A stretch of DNA of 43,318 nucleotides from Candidatus Methanosuratincola sp. (GCA_029907755.1 JARYLH010000001.1:1-43318); one strand, 5' to 3'; positions 1 through 9,325 are shown, counted from the first letter of the stretch. The notes: generated by a model from the sequence alone, not told the origin. Numbers and translations are program-made.

Positions 1-14
1 CGATGCGGTGCTGC

Positions 15-1319
15 TCACTTCTTCCGCAGGTCCAAAACCCGCTTGGCTTTGCCCTCGCTCCTCTCGATCGACATAGGGGGCAAAACCCTTACCCTTGGCT
101 GGAAGCCCAAGACCGACCTGAGCTCCCTGAACAGTGCCCTCTCCAGCGATTGAGAGGAGTTTATGCCCATGCCGTTGCCACCGGCCTCCACTAGGACGGT
201 CAGCTGGTCCAGCACGCCAGCCTTCTCAATCACCAGCTGGTAGTTCATGCCTACCTCAGGATATTTCATCAGGACGTATTCGACCTGCCCAGGGAAGACC
301 TTGACCCCATTGATCGAGAACGCATCGTCGCACCTTCCCTTGACACGCGCTATCCTCAGGTGTGTCCTGCCGCAGTCGCACTTCCCGGCGTCCAAGATCT
401 TCGAGACATCTCGGGTCCTGAACCTCAGCATTGGCATCGCGGTTTTCGTCAGAGAGGTCAGGACTACCTCGCCCTCCTCTTCGGGACCAACCGGCTCTCC
501 GGTCGAAGGATCGACGATCTCGACAATGAAGTGGTCTTCCCAGATGTGCAGGCCGCCACCGCAAGAGCAGCTGCAGCCCACCCCTGGGCCGTACATCTCG
601 GACATCCCGTATATGTCGTGGCAGTCCATCCCCCAGACATCCGAGATCTTCCTCATCAACGAGTCGCTCCAGGCCTCGGCACCGAAGATCCCTTTCCTGA
701 CCTGCAGATCCCTCTTAACATCGATCCCCATCTCCGATGCGACCTCCGCGATGTGGAGGGCGTAACTGGCTATGCCAGCGATCATCGTTGTGCCGAGATC
801 CCGCATGAGGTTGATCTGCCTCTCGGTGTTCCCTGTCCCTGTCGGGATCACGGTCGCACCGATCGCCTCACCCCCATAGTGGAAACCGAGACCTCCGGTG
901 AAGAGCCCGTAGCCAGGCGTCACCTGGAAGACGTCGCCTCGCCTCAGTCCGCTCATGAATAGGCACCTGCACATGATCTCAGTCCAGTTCTGCAGGTCTT
1001 CACGGGTGTACAGTACGAGGGTCGGCTTTCCGGTCGTCCCGGAGGAAGCGTGGACCCTGACGCATTCCTCCCTCGGCACTGCAAGGAGTCCGAAAGGATA
1101 GCTTTCCCTGAGGTCGTCCTTTGAGACCATAGGGAGGCGCCTCAGGTCGTCTATGGACCTTATGTCATCTGGGCTCAGCCCCCTCCCTTTCAGCGCAGAA
1201 CGGTAGAACGGGACACGTTCGTAGGATCGCCTGACTGTCAGCCTGAGCCTCTCGAGTTGGATCTTCCCGATGGATTCTCTGTCAAGCGACTCCAAGCTCC
1301 TATTCCACATTTCATCCAT
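15..1319 (-). CDS. paaK: Phenylacetate-CoA ligase family adenylate-forming enzyme (PaaK / coenzyme F390 synthetase-like)
   Basis: Complete 434-aa ORF. It has the AMP-binding P-loop 'HASSGTTGKPT', 'YGMSE' and 'RTRD', and its length and architecture are typical of PaaK. It overlaps the upstream transporter gene by 8 nt, suggesting an operon. Confidence 0.85.
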   Translation of the reverse strand: MDEMWNRSLESLDRESIGKIQLERLRLTVRRSYERVPFYRSALKGRGLSPDDIRSIDDLRRLPMVSKDDLRESYPFGLLAVPREECVRVHASSGTTGKPTLVLYTREDLQNWTEIMCRCLFMSGLRRGDVFQVTPGYGLFTGGLGFHYGGEAIGATVIPTGTGNTERQINLMRDLGTTMIAGIASYALHIAEVASEMGIDVKRDLQVRKGIFGAEAWSDSLMRKISDVWGMDCHDIYGMSEMYGPGVGCSCSCGGGLHIWEDHFIVEIVDPSTGEPVGPEEEGEVVLTSLTKTAMPMLRFRTRDVSKILDAGKCDCGRTHLRIARVKGRCDDAFSINGVKVFPGQVEYVLMKYPEVGMNYQLVIEKAGVLDQLTVLVEAGGNGMGINSSQSLERALFRELRSVLGFQPRVRVLPPMSIERSEGKAKRVLDLRKK

Positions 1320-2787
1320 TTCTGGTCACCTTCACATTGAATGTAAGGTATACCAATATCCCTACCAAAAGCCCCGGGATTATCGGGTAAACAAATGAGG
1401 CGGTGTAGAAGTACAGCTGCCAGATTATGCACGTCAATGCTGCCGAGATAACGGATGCGGTCGCGCCTAGTCGCGAGGCTCGCCTCAGGTACAGCCCCCC
1501 GATCAGTGGAGCGAAGAAGGCCGAGGAGATTGCTGAGAATGCAACACCCACAATTCCAACGATGAGGTCGGGCGGGTTAAGCGCGAGGAGGAGCGGTATA
1601 ACCCCGAACAGCACGGTCGCGAATCTGAAGGGGAGTACGCGCTGGCTTGCATTTGGTCTTGCCGCGGAAATCACGTCCCTAAGCAACGATCCGGATAGCA
1701 TTATGCATATGGGGGCTAGAGTGGACATCGCGGCGGCGAGTATGGAAACCAGCAGGAGCGAGCCGAACCCGGTGCCGAATACAGAGACTGCGATGGAAGG
1801 TATGACGAGGTCAGGGTTTGCAAGACACTGCCGGAGCACGGCTGGATCAGAGATGACTGCCCATCCAAACGGACCGGCAAAGAATACTGCGAAGGCGAAG
1901 ACTGCTACGAGGATCGGGGCGATCGCCCTTCCCACCCTAAGGACAGAGGCGTCCCGCGCGCTGTAAAACTGCACTACCATGTGTGGGCTTGTCAGCTGTG
2001 CGAAGCTTATCGCAAATGTGAGCGAGAGTATGTAGGGGAGCGTTGCGCCAGCTGCTGAAACGGCGGAGGGCGCGGGCCCCGGGAAAGAAAGCAGAGAGAC
2101 CCCGTTCCCCCACCCGCTGAGGCACACTTCCTCCAGCACCGATAGCGCATTCTCCCAGCCGCCAGTCCGCAGCAGGATCCCACCCATCAAGGCGAGGGCT
2201 GATGAGATCATCAGGACTCCCTGGAGAAGGCTTACAGCCACATTCCCCCTGAACCCCCCAATGCTCGCGTAAAGGAATGCAGGGACCGCAACTATGAGAA
2301 GGGCCTGCGGGTAGGGAATATCGAGAAGCACCTGGAGGACGTTCCCGGCACCCTTGAATATTGATATCAGATAAAATTCCATGAATACAATTAACACTAA
2401 GGCAGAGACGAGCTGGAGAGCCCTCGAAGCGTACCTTTTGCCCAGGAATTCAGAGACGGTCATCGAGTTGGAGAGGTCGGCAAACTGCTTTATCTTAGGG
2501 GCAATAAGAGCCCATGCCAATACCGCGAAGAGTATGTGGAAAAAGAAGAGAAAAGCACTCCACTGGAACCCGAGAAGAAAGCCCATACCTCCGCCGCCCA
2601 GGAAAGCGGCAGAGCTGAAGTAGGTTGTTGTGTAGGAGAAGGCCAGCAGCACAGGCCCAAGGCTTCTGTTCGAAAGGAGAAAATCCACTACAGCCTTGTT
2701 CCTCCTACCTCCGAAAATTGCGATGAGCAGGATTATTGAGAGGTAGGCAAAGATGATTACTATTGGCAAGAGCTCCGTACTAGTCAC
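1312..2787 (-). CDS. Sodium:solute symporter (SSS) family transporter
   Basis: Polytopic membrane protein with many hydrophobic helices and SSS-like organisation. The track ORF runs to 2895, but its first 36 aa are Arg-rich and look non-coding. I place the start at GTG 2787 (alternative TTG 2769), next to a GGAGGTG Shine-Dalgarno-like sequence. Confidence 0.7.
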   Translation of the reverse strand: MTSTELLPIVIIFAYLSIILLIAIFGGRRNKAVVDFLLSNRSLGPVLLAFSYTTTYFSSAAFLGGGGMGFLLGFQWSAFLFFFHILFAVLAWALIAPKIKQFADLSNSMTVSEFLGKRYASRALQLVSALVLIVFMEFYLISIFKGAGNVLQVLLDIPYPQALLIVAVPAFLYASIGGFRGNVAVSLLQGVLMISSALALMGGILLRTGGWENALSVLEEVCLSGWGNGVSLLSFPGPAPSAVSAAGATLPYILSLTFAISFAQLTSPHMVVQFYSARDASVLRVGRAIAPILVAVFAFAVFFAGPFGWAVISDPAVLRQCLANPDLVIPSIAVSVFGTGFGSLLLVSILAAAMSTLAPICIMLSGSLLRDVISAARPNASQRVLPFRFATVLFGVIPLLLALNPPDLIVGIVGVAFSAISSAFFAPLIGGLYLRRASRLGATASVISAALTCIIWQLYFYTASFVYPIIPGLLVGILVYLTFNVKVTRNG

Positions 2788-2887
2788 CTCCTTTTCATAC
2801 TGGCAAAGAAGTTTGCGACTGCCAAGGCTGCTCCGCCGACTGTGAAGAGGATAAGCACGACGTCCAAGGACCTTCACCAAACCAATA

Positions 2888-2943
2888 TGTACCAAAATGG
2901 TTTTTTATAAAAATATATAAACATAATTGTACTAAAATGTACA
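2888..2943. promoter_or_regulatory. Repeated TGTACyAAAATG motif flanking an AT-rich TATA-like core
   Basis: TGTACCAAAATG at 2888-2899, TGTACTAAAATG at 2928-2939 and TGTACA at 2938-2943. Between them lies 'TTTTTTATAAAAATATATAAAC', in the divergent intergenic region. Confidence 0.3.
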
Positions 2944-3083
2944 TTAAAGCTTCATGGACTGTTCGGGCAACAAAACTGGATAGTCTGCAAAGAGGAATGG
3001 AAGATCCATCTGGACCCGGGCAGAAAAATTGAGGGGTGCAGAAATGTTATTATCTGCAGTCGGAGATACCTCACTGGAGCAAT

Positions 3084-3602
3084 ATGCCAGAAATGCTCAC
3101 TGCAGAGAAGATCGTCCAGGAGATCCTCGATAGGTACAACAGGAAGCCGCTCGGCTGGCAGATGGCGTCGGACCTGAGAGGGAATGCCATAGTCATTGGG
3201 CCAGATTTCGGATACAGGCTCAAGACGATGATGATCAGCCCGTCTGAGAATATCGGCTTTGGGATCAGATTCGAGCCAGAGAACCTCGGGGCGGCGATCG
3301 ACTCAGGCTACCCTTTTGGATTCAGGCCTGTCCCGTCAGATCTCTTCGAGAAGATATCAAAGGAAAATCGCAATGGCGCCGAGGTCTTGCAGAAGATCAT
3401 CGGAAAGATCCTTGAGAACGACCCGGTACCTTTAGACAGGATCGACTCCGGAGCAGCGGGTGTCTTAGGAGGGCCCTTCCTGCAGCACCCCGATCTCAGG
3501 GCGGTGTCCAAAGCACAGCGGGAGCTGGACGAGAAGCTCAGGATCGAGGTGGAGAGTGAGTTTGTCAGGAGGTACCCGCTGAGAGCTTCGATCTACAGGT
3601 AA
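3084..3602 (+). CDS. Hypothetical protein (no recognisable domain)
   Basis: ORF with the same codon style as its neighbours. ATG 3084 is preceded by GGAG at 3076-3079. The track start GTG 3036 is less likely. Confidence 0.5.
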   Translation: MPEMLTAEKIVQEILDRYNRKPLGWQMASDLRGNAIVIGPDFGYRLKTMMISPSENIGFGIRFEPENLGAAIDSGYPFGFRPVPSDLFEKISKENRNGAEVLQKIIGKILENDPVPLDRIDSGAAGVLGGPFLQHPDLRAVSKAQRELDEKLRIEVESEFVRRYPLRASIYR

Positions 3603-3670
3603 GGCACAGGGCAGTTACCTGCGCAGGATAGATAAATCACTTGATGCAAAATGGGTAATGCGGTGAGAAG

Positions 3671-3958
3671 ATGGGCAAGATCAAGCTTTACAAGTCCCCT
3701 TCGTGCACGAGATGCCCTATAGCCAAGTTCATTCTGAACAGGGTTTTGGTCACAATGGGGCTCGACTATGAGAGCCTCGTCGAGGAGAGGGACACGGAGA
3801 AAGACTCTGAGGCGATGGCAGAGCTCCTCATGCTCGACTGCGACAAGACCCCCGTGATCAAGCTCGGGAGTGTCCTCATTAAGGAGGAGGAAGCCCTGGT
3901 GGAAAGGATAGTGAGGGAAGGTATAGAAAGCTGGATCGCTGCGGGGAGACCGGACTAA
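3671..3958 (+). CDS. Glutaredoxin/thioredoxin-fold small redox protein
   Basis: 95 aa. The N-terminus 'KIKLYKSPSCTRCPIAK' has the CxxC motif in the position typical of glutaredoxin-like (NrdH-type) proteins. Confidence 0.7.
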   Translation: MGKIKLYKSPSCTRCPIAKFILNRVLVTMGLDYESLVEERDTEKDSEAMAELLMLDCDKTPVIKLGSVLIKEEEALVERIVREGIESWIAAGRPD

Positions 3959-3960
3959 AT

Positions 3961-4149
3961 ATGAGCGTGCGAATAGCCATGCGTTGCAAGTCATGCGAGA
4001 AGTGGTACGGCGCTGAGGACGACGACTACGGCCCTTGCAGCATAAAGCATGCACGGGGTGACAAAAAGTTCATCACCCACGGGGAGCATGTTTGCGACGA
4101 GATCTACAGGGACAAGGGATCTGAAAACGATGGAGATCAGGGAAGCTGA
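3961..4149 (+). CDS. Small Cys/His-rich protein, possible metal binding
   Basis: 62 aa. It starts 3 nt after the glutaredoxin-like stop. It carries 'CKSC' plus a distal Cys and several His. Its end overlaps the GNAT start by 20 nt. Confidence 0.4.
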   Translation: MSVRIAMRCKSCEKWYGAEDDDYGPCSIKHARGDKKFITHGEHVCDEIYRDKGSENDGDQGS

Positions 4150-4915
4150 CCCGAAGGATTTCCAGAAACTCGTCCTCATGACGGAAAAGGAGGGGTGGAA
4201 TTACACCGAGGACGACTTTCATTGGTTCAGCCGGGTCGGCGGGAAGACCCTGGTCGCAGCAAATGAAGGCGAAATAATCGGGATGGGCACGATATTCGAT
4301 TACGGGAACGCTGGATGGATCTCGAACATCCTTGTGAAGCCTAGGGAGAGGGGTCACGGGATTGGCGGAGAGATCCTCTCTGAATGCATAAGGAGGCTCG
4401 AAAACAAGAGGACGGTTGCCCTTTTTTCTTACGAGCGAACGACAGACTTCTATGAAGCAAACGGATTCAGGTCCGACCTTGAGGGCTACCTGGTGTCATT
4501 GAAGGATCGCGAGTGGAACCTGAGGCGCGCGGGGTTGATCGTCGGGGCGGAGTTGGAGGAATCGATGCTTCGGATGGACCAAGAATGCTTCGGCTATGAA
4601 AGGCATAGAGTAATCAAAGAGCTTGCGAAGAGGGGGTCGGTTCTGAAGCCTGGCGGGTGCGATGGATTCGCAATAGTGAGGGAGGATCCGGTTGAGCCCT
4701 CAGTCGGACCTGTGATCTCGGATGACAGAGGTGCGGGTCATGAGCTCCTGTTCGCATCGCTGTTGTTCGCTGGGCCGAATACCAAGGCGGTGGTGCTGGA
4801 GGAAGGGATCGGGCACATCAATTATGAGGAGAAGATCAGAAGGCTATATCTGGGCGCCCCGCTGAAGATCGATCGCAGCAGGGCAGTCGCTTTCGCCGGG
4901 CTTGAGTTGGGGTGA
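4130..4915 (+). CDS. GNAT family N-acetyltransferase with C-terminal YitH-like extension
   Basis: The acetyl-CoA binding motif 'ILVKPRERGHGIGGEIL' (motif A, R/Q-x-x-G-x-G/A) is present. I trimmed the start to ATG 4130 ('MEIREADPKDF'). Confidence 0.75.
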   Translation: MEIREADPKDFQKLVLMTEKEGWNYTEDDFHWFSRVGGKTLVAANEGEIIGMGTIFDYGNAGWISNILVKPRERGHGIGGEILSECIRRLENKRTVALFSYERTTDFYEANGFRSDLEGYLVSLKDREWNLRRAGLIVGAELEESMLRMDQECFGYERHRVIKELAKRGSVLKPGGCDGFAIVREDPVEPSVGPVISDDRGAGHELLFASLLFAGPNTKAVVLEEGIGHINYEEKIRRLYLGAPLKIDRSRAVAFAGLELG

Positions 4916-6095
4916 TAATTTGCAGGTATTCAATACCAAGAGCGGCAGAAAAGAGGAGCTGATAACATCTGAGCCAGGAGTCGTGAAAGCGTATATATGC
5001 GGGCCGACGGTTTACGATTATTGCCACATAGGGCACGCCAGGACTTACATAAACTTCGACGTGTTCAGGAGATACCTCGAGGCGCTCGGTTACGACTTCA
5101 TTCACGTGCAGAATTTCACGGACATAGATGACAAGATAACCGAGCGCGCAGTCGCTCAAGGGAAAACCCCGAGGGAGATCGCGGAATACTTTATCCAAGA
5201 ATATTTCAAGGAGATGGACGCTCTACGCGTCAAGAGGGCGACGGTTTACACAAGGGTTTCGGAGTTTGTTCCGAAGATTGCAGAGGCAACGGCAAAGCTG
5301 ATCGAGCGGGGTTTAGCCTACAGATCCGGGGGCGCAATATACTTCGACGTCCAGAAGGCTGGAGGTTTCGGAGAGCTCATCTCGAGCGTCGAGGAAGCAG
5401 TCACGGACAAGATCGAAGCGGGGTCGAAGAGGGGGCCTTTCGATTTCACGCTTTGGAGGCAGGGGAAGGAGGGGGAGGAGACATGGGACTCTCCCTTAGG
5501 CAGGGGAAGACCTGGCTGGCACATCCAGTGCGTGGTGATGTCCACAGATTCGCTCGGATCCGAGTTCGACGTGCACTGGGGAGGCATGGATCTCATCTAC
5601 CCGCATCACGAGTGCGAGGCGCTGCTGTCAAAGGCGATTTTCGGGAAGGTCTTCGTCAAGTATTGGATCCACAACAACTTCGTGCTCATGGGCGGCGACA
5701 AGATGTCAAAGTCAACTGGACATCCAGTATACATAAGGGAGGTCTTGGAAAGGTTTTCCGGGGATGCGCTCAGGGTATTCTTACTACAAAGGCATTACCG
5801 CGAGAAGGTCGAGTTTTCGGAAGCGGGTCTTGAGGGCGCCGAAAGGAAGCTGCAGACGCTGAGAGAAGGGGCGAAAATCGCCAGGAAGAGCAGGGGCGAG
5901 GGGGACATGAGCGTGTGCGTCAAGGATTATGCGGACATGTTTTTCGGCAGCCTCGACGATGACCTGAGGACTGGAGAGGCGCTGACGATCGCGGAGAGGC
6001 TGGCATGGGAAATCGCGGAAGGGAAGGAGAAGGACTTCGCCGGATCCTGGAGGGTTTTCGACGCGGTCGAAGGGATCTTGGGGATCAGGCTTTAG
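4902..6095 (+). CDS. cysS: Cysteinyl-tRNA synthetase-like class I ligase, C-terminally short form
   Basis: 'CGPTVYDYCHIGHART' contains HIGH and 'KMSKS' is present. The zinc/cysteine-site residues 'PGWHIQC' and 'YPHHECE' are present. The start is TTG 4902 or TTG 4920 ('MQVFNTKSG' matches CysRS N-termini). The protein stops right after the helical bundle. Confidence 0.85.
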   Translation: MSWGDNLQVFNTKSGRKEELITSEPGVVKAYICGPTVYDYCHIGHARTYINFDVFRRYLEALGYDFIHVQNFTDIDDKITERAVAQGKTPREIAEYFIQEYFKEMDALRVKRATVYTRVSEFVPKIAEATAKLIERGLAYRSGGAIYFDVQKAGGFGELISSVEEAVTDKIEAGSKRGPFDFTLWRQGKEGEETWDSPLGRGRPGWHIQCVVMSTDSLGSEFDVHWGGMDLIYPHHECEALLSKAIFGKVFVKYWIHNNFVLMGGDKMSKSTGHPVYIREVLERFSGDALRVFLLQRHYREKVEFSEAGLEGAERKLQTLREGAKIARKSRGEGDMSVCVKDYADMFFGSLDDDLRTGEALTIAERLAWEIAEGKEKDFAGSWRVFDAVEGILGIRL

Positions 6096-6171
6096 ACTCT
6101 CGGCGCCTCACCGAAAAATTCAGTTACTCTACGGGGATCGGATCGGCTGGATTGGGCTAATTTATCCTGGC

Positions 6172-6621
6172 TCAAGCCCCCTCAACGCCCACCCAGTAGC
6201 TCCCGTCCTCTGTTACCTCCTTCTTCCAGATGGGAACCTCGTGCTTGACCCTGAACACGGCCTGGCGTACAGCCTCGAAGCCAGAGTCGCTCCTTTCTGA
6301 GGCGATTGCAACCAAGAGAACCTCTTCGCCTGGGACGAATGCGCCATATCTGTGGCATATAACAACATCCCTGACCCCGTCGATCTTGGAGATCTCCTCA
6401 GCTATCCTCTGCAGGGATTCCTTAGCCGACTCCTCGTATGCTTCGTACTCCAGTCGAACCACCCTCGACCCGCCGCGGGTAGTCCCCCTAACGGTGCCGA
6501 TGAAAGTGACAAGGGCCCCGTAGGATCCTCCCTTAAGGCTCGATTTCACGAGCGAGACCAGTCTTTCAGCGCTGAAACCTTCCTCCTTTCTTGACAGGAT
6601 ACCGAGCGGCATAGGCTGCAC
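6172..6621 (-). CDS. moaE: Molybdopterin synthase catalytic subunit MoaE
   Basis: 149 aa. 'GALVTFIGTVR', 'LEYEAY' and 'VPIWKKE' are typical MoaE blocks. Confidence 0.85.
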   Translation of the reverse strand: MQPMPLGILSRKEEGFSAERLVSLVKSSLKGGSYGALVTFIGTVRGTTRGGSRVVRLEYEAYEESAKESLQRIAEEISKIDGVRDVVICHRYGAFVPGEEVLLVAIASERSDSGFEAVRQAVFRVKHEVPIWKKEVTEDGSYWVGVEGA

Positions 6622-6681
6622 ACGGATTTATCGAAGGCACACTAAAATAACTGTTCTCCTCTTGGTAGCCGGGGAAGGACC

Positions 6682-7842
6682 TTGGAGTGCGAGATTTGCG
6701 GGGAGCACTATTCCGAGGGGCTGCTGGAACTGCTTTCCGAGGTTTATGGCCCAAGGCTCAAAGCAGTGCTGGAAAGGCTCGGCGCCCCGCCGAGGAGGTA
6801 TGCTGTAAGGGTCAACACCCTCAAGGGCGATGTGGAGGAGGTCGTCAGGTACTTCAGAAGAACCGGGGTTGAGTGCAGGGCGCACGAAAAGATCGGGGAG
6901 GCGGCAATGATCTCTGTCGAGGGGCCGTTCAAGGTCGATTCCTCAGGGAATTCGATTACCGCAAAGAAACATGCTGCTGAGAGCGTCATGCTCGGGAGCA
7001 ACCTCTACATGCCAGGCGTGATGAGAATGCAGAGGGTCAAGATAGGAGACGCGGTAAGGATCGAGGATCCCCGAGGGCACTTGGTCGGATCAGGGACCTC
7101 CAAGATACATTCTGGAATGCGGGGGGCCAATGGGATAGCCGTTTCCACAACCCAGAGCTTATACAAGCTGCCGCCGATACGGGAGACCTGTTTATTTTCA
7201 GAAGGTAAGCTCCAGGAACAGAGCCTTCCTGCAATACTCACCTCGAGAGTCTTGGATCCCCAGCCAAGGGAGACAATCGTCGACATGTGCGCAGCGCCCG
7301 GAGGGAAGGCGGCCCACATTGCGCAGCTGCAGGGTGACAAGGGAAGGGTGCTAGCTTTCGAGCACTCTCCCAGGAGGGCGGCGAGGATGATTTGGGAGCT
7401 CGAGCGCCTGGGGATCAGATCCGTTTTTGTCGAGAGGGCGGATTCCAGGTATTTGGACAGGGACCGCCCAACGTTGAGGGCGGACAGGGTGCTCATTGAC
7501 CCCCCTTGCACGGCGCTCGGCGTCAGGCCGAAACTCTACGAGGAGGCGACTGCAGCGGAGGTCCTCTCGTCAGCAGCGTTCCAAAAGCAGTTCTTGAGGG
7601 TAGCCGCAAGGATTGTTAAGCCCGGGGGCGTGATCGTGTACTCTACGTGCACCCTGACGATTCATGAGAATGAGGGGGTGGTTAGGTTCGCGGTTGAGGA
7701 GCTCGGGCTTGAGCTTGATGATCCGCCGATCAGGGTGAGCGGGGCGGGATCCGGCATAGGGTTCAAGGAGTGCATCAGGTTTGACCCAGACCTTTGCGAA
7801 GCGCCAGGCTACTTCATCGCGAGGCTCAGAAGGACCCGGTGA
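6682..7842 (+). CDS. RNA (cytosine-C5)-methyltransferase, NOL1/NOP2/Sun family with PUA-like N-terminal region
   Basis: SAM motif 'DMCAAPGGKAAH', catalytic 'DPPCTALG' and 'VYSTCTL'. TTG start. Confidence 0.8.
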   Translation: MECEICGEHYSEGLLELLSEVYGPRLKAVLERLGAPPRRYAVRVNTLKGDVEEVVRYFRRTGVECRAHEKIGEAAMISVEGPFKVDSSGNSITAKKHAAESVMLGSNLYMPGVMRMQRVKIGDAVRIEDPRGHLVGSGTSKIHSGMRGANGIAVSTTQSLYKLPPIRETCLFSEGKLQEQSLPAILTSRVLDPQPRETIVDMCAAPGGKAAHIAQLQGDKGRVLAFEHSPRRAARMIWELERLGIRSVFVERADSRYLDRDRPTLRADRVLIDPPCTALGVRPKLYEEATAAEVLSSAAFQKQFLRVAARIVKPGGVIVYSTCTLTIHENEGVVRFAVEELGLELDDPPIRVSGAGSGIGFKECIRFDPDLCEAPGYFIARLRRTR

Positions 7843-8356
7843 TCTTCCTCTTGCTGTAGACCTTCCTCTTCAACGAATGTCCGCACACCTGGCAGGAGGT
7901 TAGCTTCTTGGACTGGTCGTATGTTGCACCGCATGCGGGGCAGTAGAGGAACCACCAGAACTCCTCAGAGATCCCCTTTGTGACCATCGGCTTGAAGTCG
8001 ATCGAGAGGAGTGTGCAGAGGTTCTGCAGGCTGTAGTCGTCGCTCACCACAAGTACGCTCTCGCCCTCACTGTCTAGCTCGAGAGCCAGTGCAACGACCT
8101 CGAGATCCGTTTCAGACAACACGGTGAGATCCCCGGTCGAGGAGGCACGGGTCTTGACTACGGTCACGAACTCGGGGCGCGGCGCCCTGACTTTGAGGCG
8201 CCCGCTCGCGATCGAGACCTCTGTCACAGAACGCGTCCTTCCAGCATAGAGCTCGGCCTCGACACCAGGGGTTATGTAATGCGTCCCCTCGACTACGCGC
8301 GGGTTGAACCCGTAGATTATTGCGGACGTGTCGAGCACATAGGTCTTGGATCCCAC
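7826..8356 (-). CDS. nob1: Nob1-like endonuclease (PIN domain plus C-terminal zinc ribbon)
   Basis: The N-terminus 'YVLDTSAII' is a PIN motif. The C-terminus 'CPACGATY...CQVCGHSL' is a zinc ribbon. At 176 aa the size matches archaeal Nob1. Confidence 0.7.
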   Translation of the reverse strand: MGSKTYVLDTSAIIYGFNPRVVEGTHYITPGVEAELYAGRTRSVTEVSIASGRLKVRAPRPEFVTVVKTRASSTGDLTVLSETDLEVVALALELDSEGESVLVVSDDYSLQNLCTLLSIDFKPMVTKGISEEFWWFLYCPACGATYDQSKKLTSCQVCGHSLKRKVYSKRKITGSF

Positions 8357-9201
8357 TATGCCTCAAACCCCATCTTCAGCGATTTCCTCACTTTTTCATA
8401 AAATTCCGCAGGGGCGGTCCTCAGGAAGACTGCTGGCGACCTCGACCGCTCCACGAAGACTTGCCCGCCCTCATCTAGATCCACAGAGGTCTGACCGTCC
8501 AAGATCAGCAACCCGCCGGATGAGCCTGGCAATAAACTGATCTCGACCCTTGCAGAGGAGGGAAGGATTACTGGGCGCACCCCGTGATGGAGAGGACAAA
8601 CGAAGACCAGCTCAATTACGTCCAAGTCAGGATCGATGAGCGGGCCGCCGGCGGAGAGGGCGTATGCGGTCGCCCCAGTAGTCGTTGACACAATGACTCC
8701 GTCGGCCATCCCACGGTGAATGTGCTTACCGTTTGCAGAAACTGAAAATCGGATTATCTTCGAAGGCCTCGCAGAGGTTACAAGCACCTCGTTCAGTGCG
8801 TCAGGGAGCGGACTCCCTTTGAAGACGACCGAGAGTCGGGTCTTGTATTCGAGATAGGTCTTGCCATCTAAGACGCGGGTTAGAGTTTCGGCAGCTTCTT
8901 CTGGGATCGTCTCACAGAGAAAACCCCGCGCCCCGACCTTTATCCCGAGTATTGGTGTCGATCCCACCACTTGGGCAGTCCGCATAATTGTGCCGTCTCC
9001 GCCCACAACTACAACTAGATCGGCTGACATCACCTCTGGGGTATTCCACTCAAAACCATCCACTTTCGGCACCCCCGTATAGTGGACCACCTCGATCCCA
9101 TTCGATGAGAGAAAGCGCCCCGCGTCCAAGGCTACCCTCGCAGCCTCCTCAGAATTCGGCTTGGCGACGATCCCTACTCTCGAGATCTTCAAAACATTCA
9201 T
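8356..9201 (-). CDS. nadK: NAD+ kinase
   Basis: 'VVVVGGDGTIMRTA' (GGDGT motif). 281 aa, with a typical PpnK/NadK layout. Confidence 0.85.
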   Translation of the reverse strand: MNVLKISRVGIVAKPNSEEAARVALDAGRFLSSNGIEVVHYTGVPKVDGFEWNTPEVMSADLVVVVGGDGTIMRTAQVVGSTPILGIKVGARGFLCETIPEEAAETLTRVLDGKTYLEYKTRLSVVFKGSPLPDALNEVLVTSARPSKIIRFSVSANGKHIHRGMADGVIVSTTTGATAYALSAGGPLIDPDLDVIELVFVCPLHHGVRPVILPSSARVEISLLPGSSGGLLILDGQTSVDLDEGGQVFVERSRSPAVFLRTAPAEFYEKVRKSLKMGFEA

Positions 9202-9297
9202 ACTCCGTTAGTAGTTTGCAACTAAGGCTGTTTTATAACTTCTTCGCATCAAGGGGGGACAGGAATAGAAAAAGATCGACAGGCAGCCCATAAAATA

Positions 9298-9318
9298 AAG
9301 GATGGATATTCCATCCTT
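9298..9318. promoter_or_regulatory. Perfect 9-bp inverted repeat (AAGGATGGA-TAT-TCCATCCTT) upstream of the methyltransferase operon
   Basis: Read directly from the sequence. It sits immediately upstream of an AT-rich TATA-like element at 9326-9337. Confidence 0.4.
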
Positions 9319-9325
9319 GAAATTC

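Noticed and set aside
2788-2895. N-terminal 36 codons of the transporter ORF
   Set aside because: The peptide is Arg/Ser-rich with no homology-like features, and the region merges into AT-rich promoter DNA. An internal GTG/TTG next to GGAGGTG is preferred.
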